A stretch of DNA of 39,340 nt from an uncultured bacterium (lineage in GTDB: Bacteria > Gemmatimonadota > Gemmatimonadetes > Gemmatimonadales > Gemmatimonadaceae): NCBI GenBank assembly GCA_963978095.1, contig CAXBQP010000031.1, positions 1 to 39,340 on the forward strand, written 5' to 3'. Positions 1 to 9,435 of this stretch are shown here, piece after piece. The notes beneath the pieces are model-generated. The model did no database searches. It was given only the letters and a program-made list of their open reading frames with translations, and was not told where the DNA came from. Each line of letters opens with the position of its first letter. Position 1 is the first letter of the stretch. The position numbers were made by a program, and so were the translations under genes.

Positions 1-2598
1 GCCCCCGCCGCGCGTGGCACTGACGTTGAAGCTGCCACCGTCATCCGTGTAGATCGCGAGGTTGTCCGGCACGCCATACACGATCGGGCTCGTCTCGTCG
101 ACGATCTTGGAGCGGAGCAACGTGCCGACGACCTCACCGCGGCGCGGATTGTTGGCGCTCACACCGTTCGTCAAGCCGAACTGCAACGCGAAGTCCGAGG
201 TGCTGTTCGAGGTGAGCAGCACTCCGCCCTTCTCCACGAAGGCCTTGAGGTTCGCAACGCCCGTGAGACCAAGCCCCGGACGCATGTCGTCCGTCTGGGC
301 GAAGGTTCCGAGGTTCGGTGTCTCCGGCGTGACTTTCCATGGCATCGGATTCCGCCACATGGGCATGCCGTCGACGATCTGCTGCGCGCTGCTGGTGGGG
401 CCGAAGAGGATCACATCGTACTTGGCATTCAGATTGCCGTCCTTCGCGACATCCTGGGTGCTGATGTAGTCGTACGGGATCTTGTCGAAGTCGAGTGCCA
501 TGCGCCACCACCCCTCGGTCTGGGTCGAGGTCCACGTGTGCAGGACCGCGACGCGCGCGGCGCGAACGGGATGCGTCTTCATCACCGGGACGGCCGACAA
601 GGCATACGCCTTCAGCCCGAGCTGCGTGGTGGCTTTGTCGAGCACCTCGCTGCTGACATTGCTGATCAGGAACGAGCCGCGGTTGAACTTCTGTCCTGCC
701 GCCTCGAAGGGCTCCTCCGCCGCCCGGAAGTCGGCCGACCGCAGTTCGTATCGCAACGTGGCGAGCGCGTTGTCCGCGTTGTGGTTGATGGCAAACGTCA
801 TCCCCGTCCCGGTGACGCCCCCCTTCGGCGTCAGCGAACCCGTGACCAGCTCCATCGGTACATCCAGTATCTTGCTGTCCGTCACACGCACCGACTGCAC
901 GGCGAATCCTTCAGGAAAGGTCCATCCGGTGTCGTCGTACGGCGATTTCTGCGGATCCTGCGGGCTCCAATACTGGTAGTCGAGCAGTGCATCGGCGATC
1001 CGCGAATACGGCTGATCCATACGGATGATGTAACTGCCCGCCGGGAACTGGCGGGGCTCCGACGTCGCCGGCTTCGCCGTGTCGGCGGCGGCGCCACCGC
1101 GACCACCGCGACCGGAGGCGAGGGCAGCCGAGCGCTTCACCGGCACCTGCACCGTGAACGGGGCCGTCGCGCGCGAGATCTCCACCGCCTGCTTGCGCAT
1201 CACCTCGAGGAGCTTGGCCTGCGCGCCGGGACGCGGATCATTTGCACTCAGGACATACGCTGCCGGACCTTCCGTCCTCGCTTTCTGGATTGAGCGTTTC
1301 GACTTCTCGTAGAAGTTCCGCATCAGCTGGCGCCGGTTGTTCGCCACGTAGCTGAGCGAGACGAGCAAGCCGGTCTGCTCGTAGTTGTTGTTGTTGCGCA
1401 GCGACCACTTGACCTTGGGGAGCGGCGGATTCTGCTTGTACCAGGTGCGCTCGGTGTCGTTGGGACCGAGGGTGCGCTCCACCGTCTCGGCGGTGCCGCC
1501 ATTGCCGAAGGTCTCGTACAAGCGACTGATGCCGTTGTGCGTGGCGGCGATGAACATCAGGTAGCCCGGGCTCCAGGTATCGAAGGTGCCGTGGGCGAAG
1601 ACGCCGGGCATGCCGTAGCGCGTCATCTCCTGCACGTTGTTCCAGCCGATCAGCTGCCACTCGTTCGTGACGAGGGGGTCCAGCCAGGCATTGAACGGGC
1701 CGTCGCCGATGGTGTTGTCGTAGAGGTAGGCCACCGATTCGTGCAGGTCGTGCAGCGCCATCGCCTTCCACGACACGTAGGTATTGAGCACGTTCTGCGT
1801 GAGCTTGAGCGTCATCCCCATCGCGTCGCGGTTGTTGTCGTGCGCCACGTACTTGCCCCAATAGAGCGGGCTCGGGTAGGTCTCACCCGGGTGCTTCACA
1901 TGCCAGTTGTAGAGATCCACGACGCGGTCGCGTCCGTCGACTTCGACGATCGGCGTGATGAGCGTGATGACATGCTCACGGATGTTGCGCACGTACGGGC
2001 TCTCGTCCACCGCGAGGCGGTACGCGAGCTCCATGAGTGCGGTCGGCGCGCCAGCCTCCGTGCTGTGGATCGTCCCGGTGATGTAGTAGACCGGGGCGAC
2101 CTCGGCGGCGATCCGATCCGCGTCGGCATCGTTCATCTGGATGGTGCGCGGATCCGCAAGCTTCGCGAGCTTGGCGCGGTTCTCCTCGAGCTTGGCCATC
2201 AGCACCTCGCTCGCGACGGCCACCGCGATCATCTCGCGCCCCTCTTCGGTGGTGCCAATGGAGACCACTTTGGCGCGCGGCGTGCTCTTCGCCAACAAGC
2301 GCATGTACTCGTAGACCTCCTTCGAGTACGGCAGCTTGGTCGGCGCGCCCGCGATGTCCCCCAGCACGGCCTTGGGCGTCGGAACACCCTTCGCGGCCGG
2401 CATGTAGTCCACGAGCGGCGAGAGGAAGAAGGGCTCGGTGGTGTACTCCTTGATCCTCTTCGTGTATTCCTCGTCGATCGGCTGGGACATGAGCCGTCCC
2501 GGCTTGGCGTTGGCGAGATCAACCGGGCCCTGGGCGCGGACCACCGCCGGAGCGGCGGCCAGAGCAAGCAGCAGGGCGAGAGAACGGAAACGGGTCAT
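1..2598 (-). CDS. Secreted M14-family zinc carboxypeptidase (3' end runs off the window)
   Basis: Not in the ORF track because it is open at the left edge; translated by hand from ATG 2598: MTRFRSLALLLALAAAPAVVRA|QGPVD... It has a signal peptide and the M14 motifs IHSTE (HxxE), HDNNRD and HDLHE. The frame is still open at position 1 (...VPDNLAIYTDDGGSFNVSATRGGG). Confidence 0.85.
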   Translation of the reverse strand, partial: MTRFRSLALLLALAAAPAVVRAQGPVDLANAKPGRLMSQPIDEEYTKRIKEYTTEPFFLSPLVDYMPAAKGVPTPKAVLGDIAGAPTKLPYSKEVYEYMRLLAKSTPRAKVVSIGTTEEGREMIAVAVASEVLMAKLEENRAKLAKLADPRTIQMNDADADRIAAEVAPVYYITGTIHSTEAGAPTALMELAYRLAVDESPYVRNIREHVITLITPIVEVDGRDRVVDLYNWHVKHPGETYPSPLYWGKYVAHDNNRDAMGMTLKLTQNVLNTYVSWKAMALHDLHESVAYLYDNTIGDGPFNAWLDPLVTNEWQLIGWNNVQEMTRYGMPGVFAHGTFDTWSPGYLMFIAATHNGISRLYETFGNGGTAETVERTLGPNDTERTWYKQNPPLPKVKWSLRNNNNYEQTGLLVSLSYVANNRRQLMRNFYEKSKRSIQKARTEGPAAYVLSANDPRPGAQAKLLEVMRKQAVEISRATAPFTVQVPVKRSAALASGRGGRGGAAADTAKPATSEPRQFPAGSYIIRMDQPYSRIADALLDYQYWSPQDPQKSPYDDTGWTFPEGFAVQSVRVTDSKILDVPMELVTGSLTPKGGVTGTGMTFAINHNADNALATLRYELRSADFRAAEEPFEAAGQKFNRGSFLISNVSSEVLDKATTQLGLKAYALSAVPVMKTHPVRAARVAVLHTWTSTQTEGWWRMALDFDKIPYDYISTQDVAKDGNLNAKYDVILFGPTSSAQQIVDGMPMWRNPMPWKVTPETPNLGTFAQTDDMRPGLGLTGVANLKAFVEKGGVLLTSNSTSDFALQFGLTNGVSANNPRRGEVVGTLLRSKIVDETSPIVYGVPDNLAIYTDDGGSFNVSATRGGG

Positions 2599-2896
2599 CG
2601 GAGGCCCTCGAGGGGGCAGCTATGCGTGGGACGGCGCAAATCGACCCTACAACAATGCCGCTGGCGGCGGGCTGAGGGTAGAGGGGTCTCGACCCGCTGC
2701 CCACCCCGCTCGGACGGCAGACTGCTCGCGGACGGAGCCTCCGGAGGGTATCGTTCGCACGTGCCGGCTCTTCGCTGTCGCGACATCGCGCGGCACGGGA
2801 AGTCGCTGACCTCATCGCCTTCGTGGCGTCGAAAGTCGCTGGGTGCGTCACCCGCGCGTCTTTCGACGTCACGGGTGGCGGCCTCATGATGTGAAC

Positions 2897-4147
2897 ATGA
2901 AATCCACCTCACGCGTCCTGCTGGCCCTCGTCGCCGCGATGCTCCTCGGCACCCTGGTGAGCGCACTCGGGAACCCCCAGCTCCTCGCTGCCGCGGACTT
3001 CCTGGCCCCGATCGGCTCGCTGTGGGTGAATGCGATCCGCATGACGGTCATCCCGCTCGTCGTGTCGCTCATCATCACCGGTCTCGGCTCCGCCGCCACC
3101 GTGCAAAGCCTCGGGACGGTGGGTCGTCGCACGCTGATCGTCTTCTTCGGACTGCTCGCTTTCGTCGCGGCCATCGCCGTTCCGCTGGCGCCGATCGCGT
3201 TCGCCGCGCTCCCGTCGAACGGTGGGGTGCACCCCGCGCTTCCACCCGGCGCGGCGGAGGTCACCAGCGAGATCGCGAAAACCGGGCCGGTCCAGTCCGT
3301 GGGCGCATGGGTCACCTCGCTCCTGCCGACCAACCCGATCGCGGCGGCGGCGAACGGTGCGCTCATGCCGCTCGTGCTGTTCACCATTCTGTTCGCGCTC
3401 GCACTCACGCGCGTCGAATCCGCGACACGCACCCAGCTGGTCGACGTCTTTCGCGGGATCGGCGACACCATGCAGATCTTGGTCGGCGCGGTGATCACGC
3501 TCGCACCGGTCGGCGTCTTTGCACTCGTGCTACCTCTCGCGGCCCACACGGGATCCGCGTTCGCCGGGGCGGTCGGGTATTACGTGATCGTGAACGCCTG
3601 CTTCAGTCTGGGGATCACGCTGCTGTTCTATCCCCTGGCCACCGTCTTCGGGAGAATCCCGGTTCGGCAGTTCGCCAAGGCCGCTGTCCCGGTCCAGCTG
3701 ATCGGCCTCTCGTCGGCGTCATCGGTGGCATCGCTCCCCGCATTGATCGACAGCGCCGATCGCGAGCTCGCCCTCCCGAGTGAGGCGAGCGGATTCGTCC
3801 TCCCGTTGGCGGTCAGCACACTCAAAGTGGCGGCGCCGATGGTCTGGGCGGTCGGCGCGTGCTTCATCGGCTGGTTCTACGGCGTGCCGCTCGGCATCCG
3901 GGAGCTCTCGACGATCGCCTTCGCCGGCGTCTTCCTGTCGTTCGCCGCACCCGGCGTGCCGAACGGCGCGTTCCTCTTGCTGACACCGCTCTTCGTCCAG
4001 ATCGGACTTCCCGCGGAGGGCATCGGCATTCTGATCGCGCTCGACGCGATTCCGGACCGGATGGCCACGGTGCTGAATGTCACGGGCGATCTGACCGCAG
4101 CTGCGCTCGTGGTCCGCGGCACGTCCCACGAGCGCACCACCGCCTGA
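2897..4147 (+). CDS. Dicarboxylate/amino acid:cation symporter (DAACS, GltP/DctA family)
   Basis: Many TM segments and family motifs IRMTVIPLV, PTNPIAA, APVGVFAL, SSASSVASLP and DRMATVLNVTGD. Start moved to ATG 2897 (MKSTSRVLLAL). Confidence 0.9.
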   Translation: MKSTSRVLLALVAAMLLGTLVSALGNPQLLAAADFLAPIGSLWVNAIRMTVIPLVVSLIITGLGSAATVQSLGTVGRRTLIVFFGLLAFVAAIAVPLAPIAFAALPSNGGVHPALPPGAAEVTSEIAKTGPVQSVGAWVTSLLPTNPIAAAANGALMPLVLFTILFALALTRVESATRTQLVDVFRGIGDTMQILVGAVITLAPVGVFALVLPLAAHTGSAFAGAVGYYVIVNACFSLGITLLFYPLATVFGRIPVRQFAKAAVPVQLIGLSSASSVASLPALIDSADRELALPSEASGFVLPLAVSTLKVAAPMVWAVGACFIGWFYGVPLGIRELSTIAFAGVFLSFAAPGVPNGAFLLLTPLFVQIGLPAEGIGILIALDAIPDRMATVLNVTGDLTAAALVVRGTSHERTTA

Positions 4148-4177
4148 GGCACCGCCTGCGACACGGCGCGCGGACGA

Positions 4178-6190
4178 TTACGCGCGCAACTGCCCAGCGA
4201 CCACTTCGGCGATGTCGTACACCTGCACCTTCGCATCGCGTGACGTGACGCTGTCCGCCATCATCGTCATGCAGAAGGGGCAGGCCACCGCGATTGCGTC
4301 GGCTCCCGTCGCGAGCGCCTCTTCCGCCCGCTCCACGTTGATGCGCTTGCCGACCTTCTCCTCCATGAACATCCGTCCACCGCCGGCGCCGCAACAAAGC
4401 CCCGCGTCCTTGGAGCGCGGCATCTCGACGAGATTCACCACCGGCAACGACCGCTTGAGCGTCTCGCGCGGCGCGTCATACACGTCATTGTAACGCCCCA
4501 GATAGCACGAGTCGTGGTACGTGAACGTCCGGACCGGCCCATGCAGCTCCTGGATGATCGGCACACGCCCTTGCGCCAGCAGCGCCTCGATGAATGTGCT
4601 GTGATGCACCACGTCATAGTTGCCGCCGAACTGCGGGAACTCATTCCCGATCTGGTGGAAGCAGTGCGGGCAGGCGGTGACGATCGTACGCACACCGTAC
4701 TTCTCGAGCGTCTCGATGTTGTCCTTGGCGAGCATCTGATACAGATACTCGTTCCCCATGCGGCGCGCGGGGTCGCCGTTGCACTTCTCCTCCTGTCCGA
4801 GAATCGCGAACTTCACGCCACTGGCCTGCATGATCTGCGCGAACGCCACCGTGGTCTTCTTGGCGCGGTCGTCGAAGCTCCCCATGCACCCCACCCAATA
4901 CAGCACCTCGGGCCGCTCCCCGCGCTCCGCCATTTCGGCCATCGTCGGGATGTTCATCCCCGCCGCCCACTTGCCGCGGTCGCCCGGATCGAAGGCCCAT
5001 GGCGACCCACGCTGCTCCATGCTCTCAAAGGCGGGCATCACTTCCTCGGGGAAGCGGCTCTCGCCGAGCACGAGGTTCCGGCGCAGCTCCATGATCACGC
5101 TGAGCTGGTCGATGCTCACCGGGCACTCCTGCACGCAGGCGCGGCAGCTGGTGCAGCTCCAGAGCTCCTCCTCGGTGATGTAGCCGTCGAGCAGCGTCTT
5201 GTCGGCGACGGTCGACTTGTCCTCCGCATGCGCGTACGACTCGAGCCGCTCGCGCACATTGATCATGATCTTGCGCGGGGAGAGCAGCTTCCCGGTCGTG
5301 TTCGCGGGACAGACGCTCGTGCAGCGTCCGCACTCGGTACAGGCGAATCCGTCGAGCAGCGATTTCCACGAAAGGTCGGTGACATCCTTGGCACCGAACA
5401 CCTCGAGATCGCCCTCGAGGTCCATCGGCGGCATCACACCCTTCTGCCCCGGCCCGCTCGTATTCGAGAGGAAGACGTTCGGGAGCGATGCCACCACGTG
5501 CAGATGCTTCGAGTACGGCAGATAGTTCAGGAAGCCGAGCACGAGCAGCCCATGGGCCCACCACGCCACATCATGGGCCATCGACGCCGCACCGGGTGAC
5601 ATCCACGAGAACGCCATCGCCACGCCGTACGAGATCGGACGGAGCATCGGCGTCATCGTCTCCGGATGCGCGACCATCTCGAACGCCTCGTAGGCGAACA
5701 TGGTGATCATCAGGGCGGCGATCCAGCTCAGGATCAGCAGCGGATCATTCGGGTGCGTTTCCGCCCCCTCGAGACGCTGCACGCGCTTGGTGAGCCTGCG
5801 GAACAGGGCCATTCCGACGGCGCCGATCACCAGCGCGGCCCACAGATCCTGATTCAGTGCGAAAAAGGCGTAGACCGGCGCGAGCAGATACGGCTGGACG
5901 CTGAACCCCGGAATCACGCCACCGAGCAGGAACTCGATCGTCCCCAACGTGAGGATGCAGAAACCCCAGAAGATTGCGGCGTGCATCGGACCCGCGATCG
6001 AATCGCGGAAGATCTTCTCTTGGAAGATGCCGATGCGCAGGAAGTTGCCGAAGCGCGTCGGCAGGTCGTTCCAGCGGGAATCATCGGTGCGGCCGAGTCG
6101 CAGTTCCCCGATCAGGCGTTGGATGTTCGCCGCGAAGAATCCGAGGGCGCAGACGAAGATGATCGTGAAGAGAACATGCCCAGCGCTCAT
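4178..6190 (-). CDS. fadF: Membrane-anchored Fe-S oxidoreductase of the FadF/EtfD/EMO type (probable ETF:quinone oxidoreductase; HdrD-like CCG domains)
   Basis: N-terminal TM domain with His residues (MHAAIFWGF, WWAHG...SKHLHV). Two CxxCxxCxxxCP motifs (CTECGRCTSVCP, CTSCRACVQECP). Two CCG domains (YWVGC/EKCNGD/ACPHC and YHDSC/CCGAGGG/ACPFC). Lies directly downstream of etfBA. Confidence 0.85.
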   Translation of the reverse strand: MSAGHVLFTIIFVCALGFFAANIQRLIGELRLGRTDDSRWNDLPTRFGNFLRIGIFQEKIFRDSIAGPMHAAIFWGFCILTLGTIEFLLGGVIPGFSVQPYLLAPVYAFFALNQDLWAALVIGAVGMALFRRLTKRVQRLEGAETHPNDPLLILSWIAALMITMFAYEAFEMVAHPETMTPMLRPISYGVAMAFSWMSPGAASMAHDVAWWAHGLLVLGFLNYLPYSKHLHVVASLPNVFLSNTSGPGQKGVMPPMDLEGDLEVFGAKDVTDLSWKSLLDGFACTECGRCTSVCPANTTGKLLSPRKIMINVRERLESYAHAEDKSTVADKTLLDGYITEEELWSCTSCRACVQECPVSIDQLSVIMELRRNLVLGESRFPEEVMPAFESMEQRGSPWAFDPGDRGKWAAGMNIPTMAEMAERGERPEVLYWVGCMGSFDDRAKKTTVAFAQIMQASGVKFAILGQEEKCNGDPARRMGNEYLYQMLAKDNIETLEKYGVRTIVTACPHCFHQIGNEFPQFGGNYDVVHHSTFIEALLAQGRVPIIQELHGPVRTFTYHDSCYLGRYNDVYDAPRETLKRSLPVVNLVEMPRSKDAGLCCGAGGGRMFMEEKVGKRINVERAEEALATGADAIAVACPFCMTMMADSVTSRDAKVQVYDIAEVVAGQLRA

Positions 6191-6220
6191 GTCGTGCTCC
6201 GTCGGGGGAGGAAACTACCG

Positions 6221-6247
6221 CGGGCACCGCGTCAGACGCGATGCCCG
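6221..6247 (-). terminator. Stem-loop between etfA and the FadF-type gene (terminator or mRNA-stabilising hairpin)
   Basis: Minus strand CGGGCATCGCGT-CTG-ACGCGGTGCCCG, 12 bp including one G.U pair that is valid only on the minus strand. It starts 6 nt after the etfA stop and has no U tract. Confidence 0.45.
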
Positions 6248-6253
6248 TCGATA

Positions 6254-7237
6254 CTATGCGCCCTGCTTCGCGGCTTTCACGGCCGCCGTCAGCACCGGGA
6301 GGATCTCCAGCACATCGCCCACGACTCCGTAGTCCGCGATCTTGAAGATCGGCGCTTCCTTGTCCTTGTTGATCGCGACGATCGTCTTGCTGGTGCGCAT
6401 GCCGGCCAAGTGCTGAATCGCGCCCGAGATGCCGCAGGCCACATAGAGATCAGGGCTCACCAGGCGCCCCGTCTGACCGATCTGATCGCTATGCGGTCGC
6501 CATCCTTCGTCGGTCACGGCGCGCGTCGCACCGACCGCCGCGTTGCCGAACGCCGCCGCGAGATCTTCGACCAGCGAGAAGTTGGCCGCCTCCTTCAACC
6601 CGCGACCGCCGGAGACGATCACCGGCGCTTCCCCAAGGTCGAGCTTGGCGCCGCCGCCGGCCACGGTGTCCGTCACCACCACACGCGAGGCCGCAGGATC
6701 GCCGGCGCTCGGAATGCTCTGGACCGTGCCGGCCTTCGGCGACTCCTTCGGGAGCACCGCGCCAGGCCGGAGCGAAATCAGGGCGGGCGTCGCCGTGAGC
6801 GTGAGCGTCTGCACGATCTTCCCGGTGTAGCCGGGGTGCTTGGCGACCACGGCGTTGCCGTTGAAGGCAAACTCGGTCACGTCGCTGGCCAACGCGACTT
6901 TCAACTTGGCGGCCACACGGGGCGCGAGATCCTTGCCTTGGGCGGACGCGGAGAAGAACGCCGCGCGATAATTCTTTGCCAGCCCCGCGGCGAGGGTGGT
7001 CGCGAGCGCCTCGGGATTGTAATGAGTGAACGCCTCGTGCTCCACGACGAGCACCACGTCCGCGCCATGCGCGGCGAGCCGCGGCGCGTGCGCCGCGATC
7101 CCCGGCGCGCCAGCGATCAACACACGAACCTCACCACCGATCTGGTCCGCGGTCTGGCGCGCTGCCGTCACCGCCTCGAGTGCCGCGCGGCGCAGCTCAC
7201 CGCCGCGCGTCTCGGCGAATGCGAAAATGTTCGACAT
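6254..7237 (-). CDS. etfA: Electron transfer flavoprotein alpha subunit
   Basis: MSNIFAFAE... with motifs VIVSGGRG, QIGQTG, LYVACGISGAIQHLAGM and IVAINKDKEAPIF. The ATG at 7237 overlaps the etfB TGA (TGATG). Confidence 0.95.
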   Translation of the reverse strand: MSNIFAFAETRGGELRRAALEAVTAARQTADQIGGEVRVLIAGAPGIAAHAPRLAAHGADVVLVVEHEAFTHYNPEALATTLAAGLAKNYRAAFFSASAQGKDLAPRVAAKLKVALASDVTEFAFNGNAVVAKHPGYTGKIVQTLTLTATPALISLRPGAVLPKESPKAGTVQSIPSAGDPAASRVVVTDTVAGGGAKLDLGEAPVIVSGGRGLKEAANFSLVEDLAAAFGNAAVGATRAVTDEGWRPHSDQIGQTGRLVSPDLYVACGISGAIQHLAGMRTSKTIVAINKDKEAPIFKIADYGVVGDVLEILPVLTAAVKAAKQGA

Positions 7238-7989
7238 CAGAGTACCTTGGCCTCTTCCTTGAGGAGGCGCACGAGTTCGGGAACGGCGTCCTTCCCCTCG
7301 CCAACGATCCGCCCAGCGGCCCGTTCGGCGGGGAGCTCCATCCTGTCGAGCGTGTAGGACTCCCCACCCAGCTGGGCAGCCTTGATCTCCAACGGCTTCT
7401 TCTTGGCGGCCATGATCCCCTTGAGTGACGGGTAGCGCGGACGCGCGATCCCTTCGTCGATCGTCACGACCGCCGGAAGCGGACACTCGATGAGCTCATA
7501 CGAGCCCTCGAGTTCGCGACGCGCCCTCACCCGGCCGCCGTCACAGTCGAGCTTGGAAATCGCGGTGATGACGGGCAACCCGAGCAGCTCGGCGACCATG
7601 GTGCCGGTGGCCTGGTTCGCGGTGTCGATCGACATGCGACCGAACATCACCAGATCATAGCCCCCCGTCGCGAGCTCGGCGGCGAGCGCCGAGGCAATGG
7701 CAAAGCTGTCGAACACCGGAGCATCGTGCTTGAGCTGCACGGCACGATCAGCCCCCATACTCATCGCCTTGCGCAACGTTTCCTGCACGGTGTCCGCACC
7801 AAGGGAGATCACCACGACTTCGCCGGCAGTGGCCTTCTCCTTGATCTGGAGCGCCGCCTCCACGGCGTAGCCGTCGAAATCACTGATGTCGAACTTGAGC
7901 CCGGCCTCGTCGACCGAGGTGCCATTGGCTCCAATTTTGAAGCGCACATCCATGTCCGGAACGCGCTTGATGCACACGGCGATCTTCAC
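7237..7989 (-). CDS. etfB: Electron transfer flavoprotein beta subunit
   Basis: MKIAVCIKRVPD, AVEAALQIKE, MGADRA and PRYPSLKGIMAAKKK. GTG start with a GAGGA Shine-Dalgarno. Confidence 0.95.
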   Translation of the reverse strand: MKIAVCIKRVPDMDVRFKIGANGTSVDEAGLKFDISDFDGYAVEAALQIKEKATAGEVVVISLGADTVQETLRKAMSMGADRAVQLKHDAPVFDSFAIASALAAELATGGYDLVMFGRMSIDTANQATGTMVAELLGLPVITAISKLDCDGGRVRARRELEGSYELIECPLPAVVTIDEGIARPRYPSLKGIMAAKKKPLEIKAAQLGGESYTLDRMELPAERAAGRIVGEGKDAVPELVRLLKEEAKVL

Positions 7990-8022
7990 CGCGAAATCCT
8001 CGTGTTGGGGTACGGAGGAAAG

Positions 8023-9312
8023 TTAGTCATGGGACGGTGCGGTCGGCAGACGCCGAAGCCACAGCGCGCACAGCAGCAAACCGACCAAGACGAGGGCCAC
8101 CGCACCGCGGGGGAGCGCCCCGCTCACCAGGAGCGTAGCACACGCCGAGGCCAGCGAGAACAGCCGGACCTGCTCCATCACCCGAGCCCACCCCTCCCCC
8201 TCCAGCAGCCCCCCGATGTTGGTAACCGTTAGGACCACGTAGAACGCGGCCGCGGCCGTCTGCGATCCGGGAAGCTCCCTGGACCACTTCAGGACTTGAA
8301 ATCCGCCAAGCACGACCAGCCCGAACTGCACCACCACATAGCGCACGAGTCCCCGGGGGAGCTCGGGGTCGAACTTCTGAAGGTTGTCGACGGTCACTTC
8401 CGGGGGAACGATCGGGAGCCCGGCCTCCGGCGGACGCCAGTTCGGGCTCCCGAACAGCACCCGCCACTTGTTCCGCCAGCCTCGGGTGAGCCAAAACAGG
8501 TGCCAGATGTCCACGAACACGTGCAGATTCGCCCATAGGGGATTCCACGTCCGAAGCGGATGGGTGATGCCGTACACCGGCTCCTCCTCCTCCTCGACGA
8601 ACGTCCCGAACAGCCGGTCCCAGGTGATGAACACACCGGCGTAGTTCCTGTCCTGATACTTGGGATTCACCCCGTGATGCACCCGGTGGTGACTCGGCGT
8701 GTTCAGCACCTTCTCCGCCCACGGACTGAGCCGTCCCACCGCTCGGGTGTGGATCCAGAACTGGTAGATGAGATTGAGGCCGTGGCAGACCACCCACATG
8801 ACGACCGGAACGCCCAGCACTGCCAGCGGCAGGTACAACAGCCAGACGAAGAGTCCGTGCAATGCGCTCTGCCGCAGCGCGACGGCCAGATTGTACTCCT
8901 GGCTCGAGTGGTGCACGACGTGCCCCGCCCAGAGCAGGTGCACCTCGTGCGACATCCGGTGCGTCCAGTAATACGCGATGTCCACCAACACGAACGCGAC
9001 ACTCCAGCTCACGAGCTCCGGGATGCGCACGCCGAACCACGGGAATCCACTCGCCCACACGAACGGCGTCCCTTCTGGCCACACCACCCCCGGCCACACC
9101 GCACGCACCGACACGTGCTCCCAGACCCACGAGTAGGCCCCGATGGTCAGCAGTTTGAGCAGGATGCCGGTGATCTGACTCAGGACGCCGATATTGATTG
9201 CCGCGATCGAGTCATTGAGCCGGAACAACGGCACGCCGCGCACGCGAGTGTATGCGTACTCGACTCCGAGGAGCAGGAAGAAAATCGGAATCGACGCCTG
9301 GATGATCGACAT
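8023..9312 (-). CDS. Fatty acid hydroxylase/sterol desaturase family membrane di-iron enzyme, alkylglycerol monooxygenase (AGMO)-like
   Basis: His boxes HRMSHE, HVVHH, QFWIHT and HHRVHH, followed by NYAGVFITWDRLFGTF, plus an extra C-terminal TM region. Start set at ATG 9312 (MSIIQASIPIFF). Confidence 0.85.
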   Translation of the reverse strand: MSIIQASIPIFFLLLGVEYAYTRVRGVPLFRLNDSIAAINIGVLSQITGILLKLLTIGAYSWVWEHVSVRAVWPGVVWPEGTPFVWASGFPWFGVRIPELVSWSVAFVLVDIAYYWTHRMSHEVHLLWAGHVVHHSSQEYNLAVALRQSALHGLFVWLLYLPLAVLGVPVVMWVVCHGLNLIYQFWIHTRAVGRLSPWAEKVLNTPSHHRVHHGVNPKYQDRNYAGVFITWDRLFGTFVEEEEEPVYGITHPLRTWNPLWANLHVFVDIWHLFWLTRGWRNKWRVLFGSPNWRPPEAGLPIVPPEVTVDNLQKFDPELPRGLVRYVVVQFGLVVLGGFQVLKWSRELPGSQTAAAAFYVVLTVTNIGGLLEGEGWARVMEQVRLFSLASACATLLVSGALPRGAVALVLVGLLLCALWLRRLPTAPSHD

Positions 9313-9435
9313 GTGGCGAAGTCGGGAAGCGCGCGGCGGGTGTACAGGGCACATCGGGCAAGCCGGGCACATCGGCCTGAGACGCATTACGTTACGGAAG
9401 CACGTCTTCCATAACCTAGGGCAGAGTCGCCAGAG

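Noticed and set aside
2599..2896. Glycine or other amino-acid riboswitch upstream of the DAACS symporter
   Set aside because: No glycine-aptamer conserved segments were recognised, and the gene appears leaderless.
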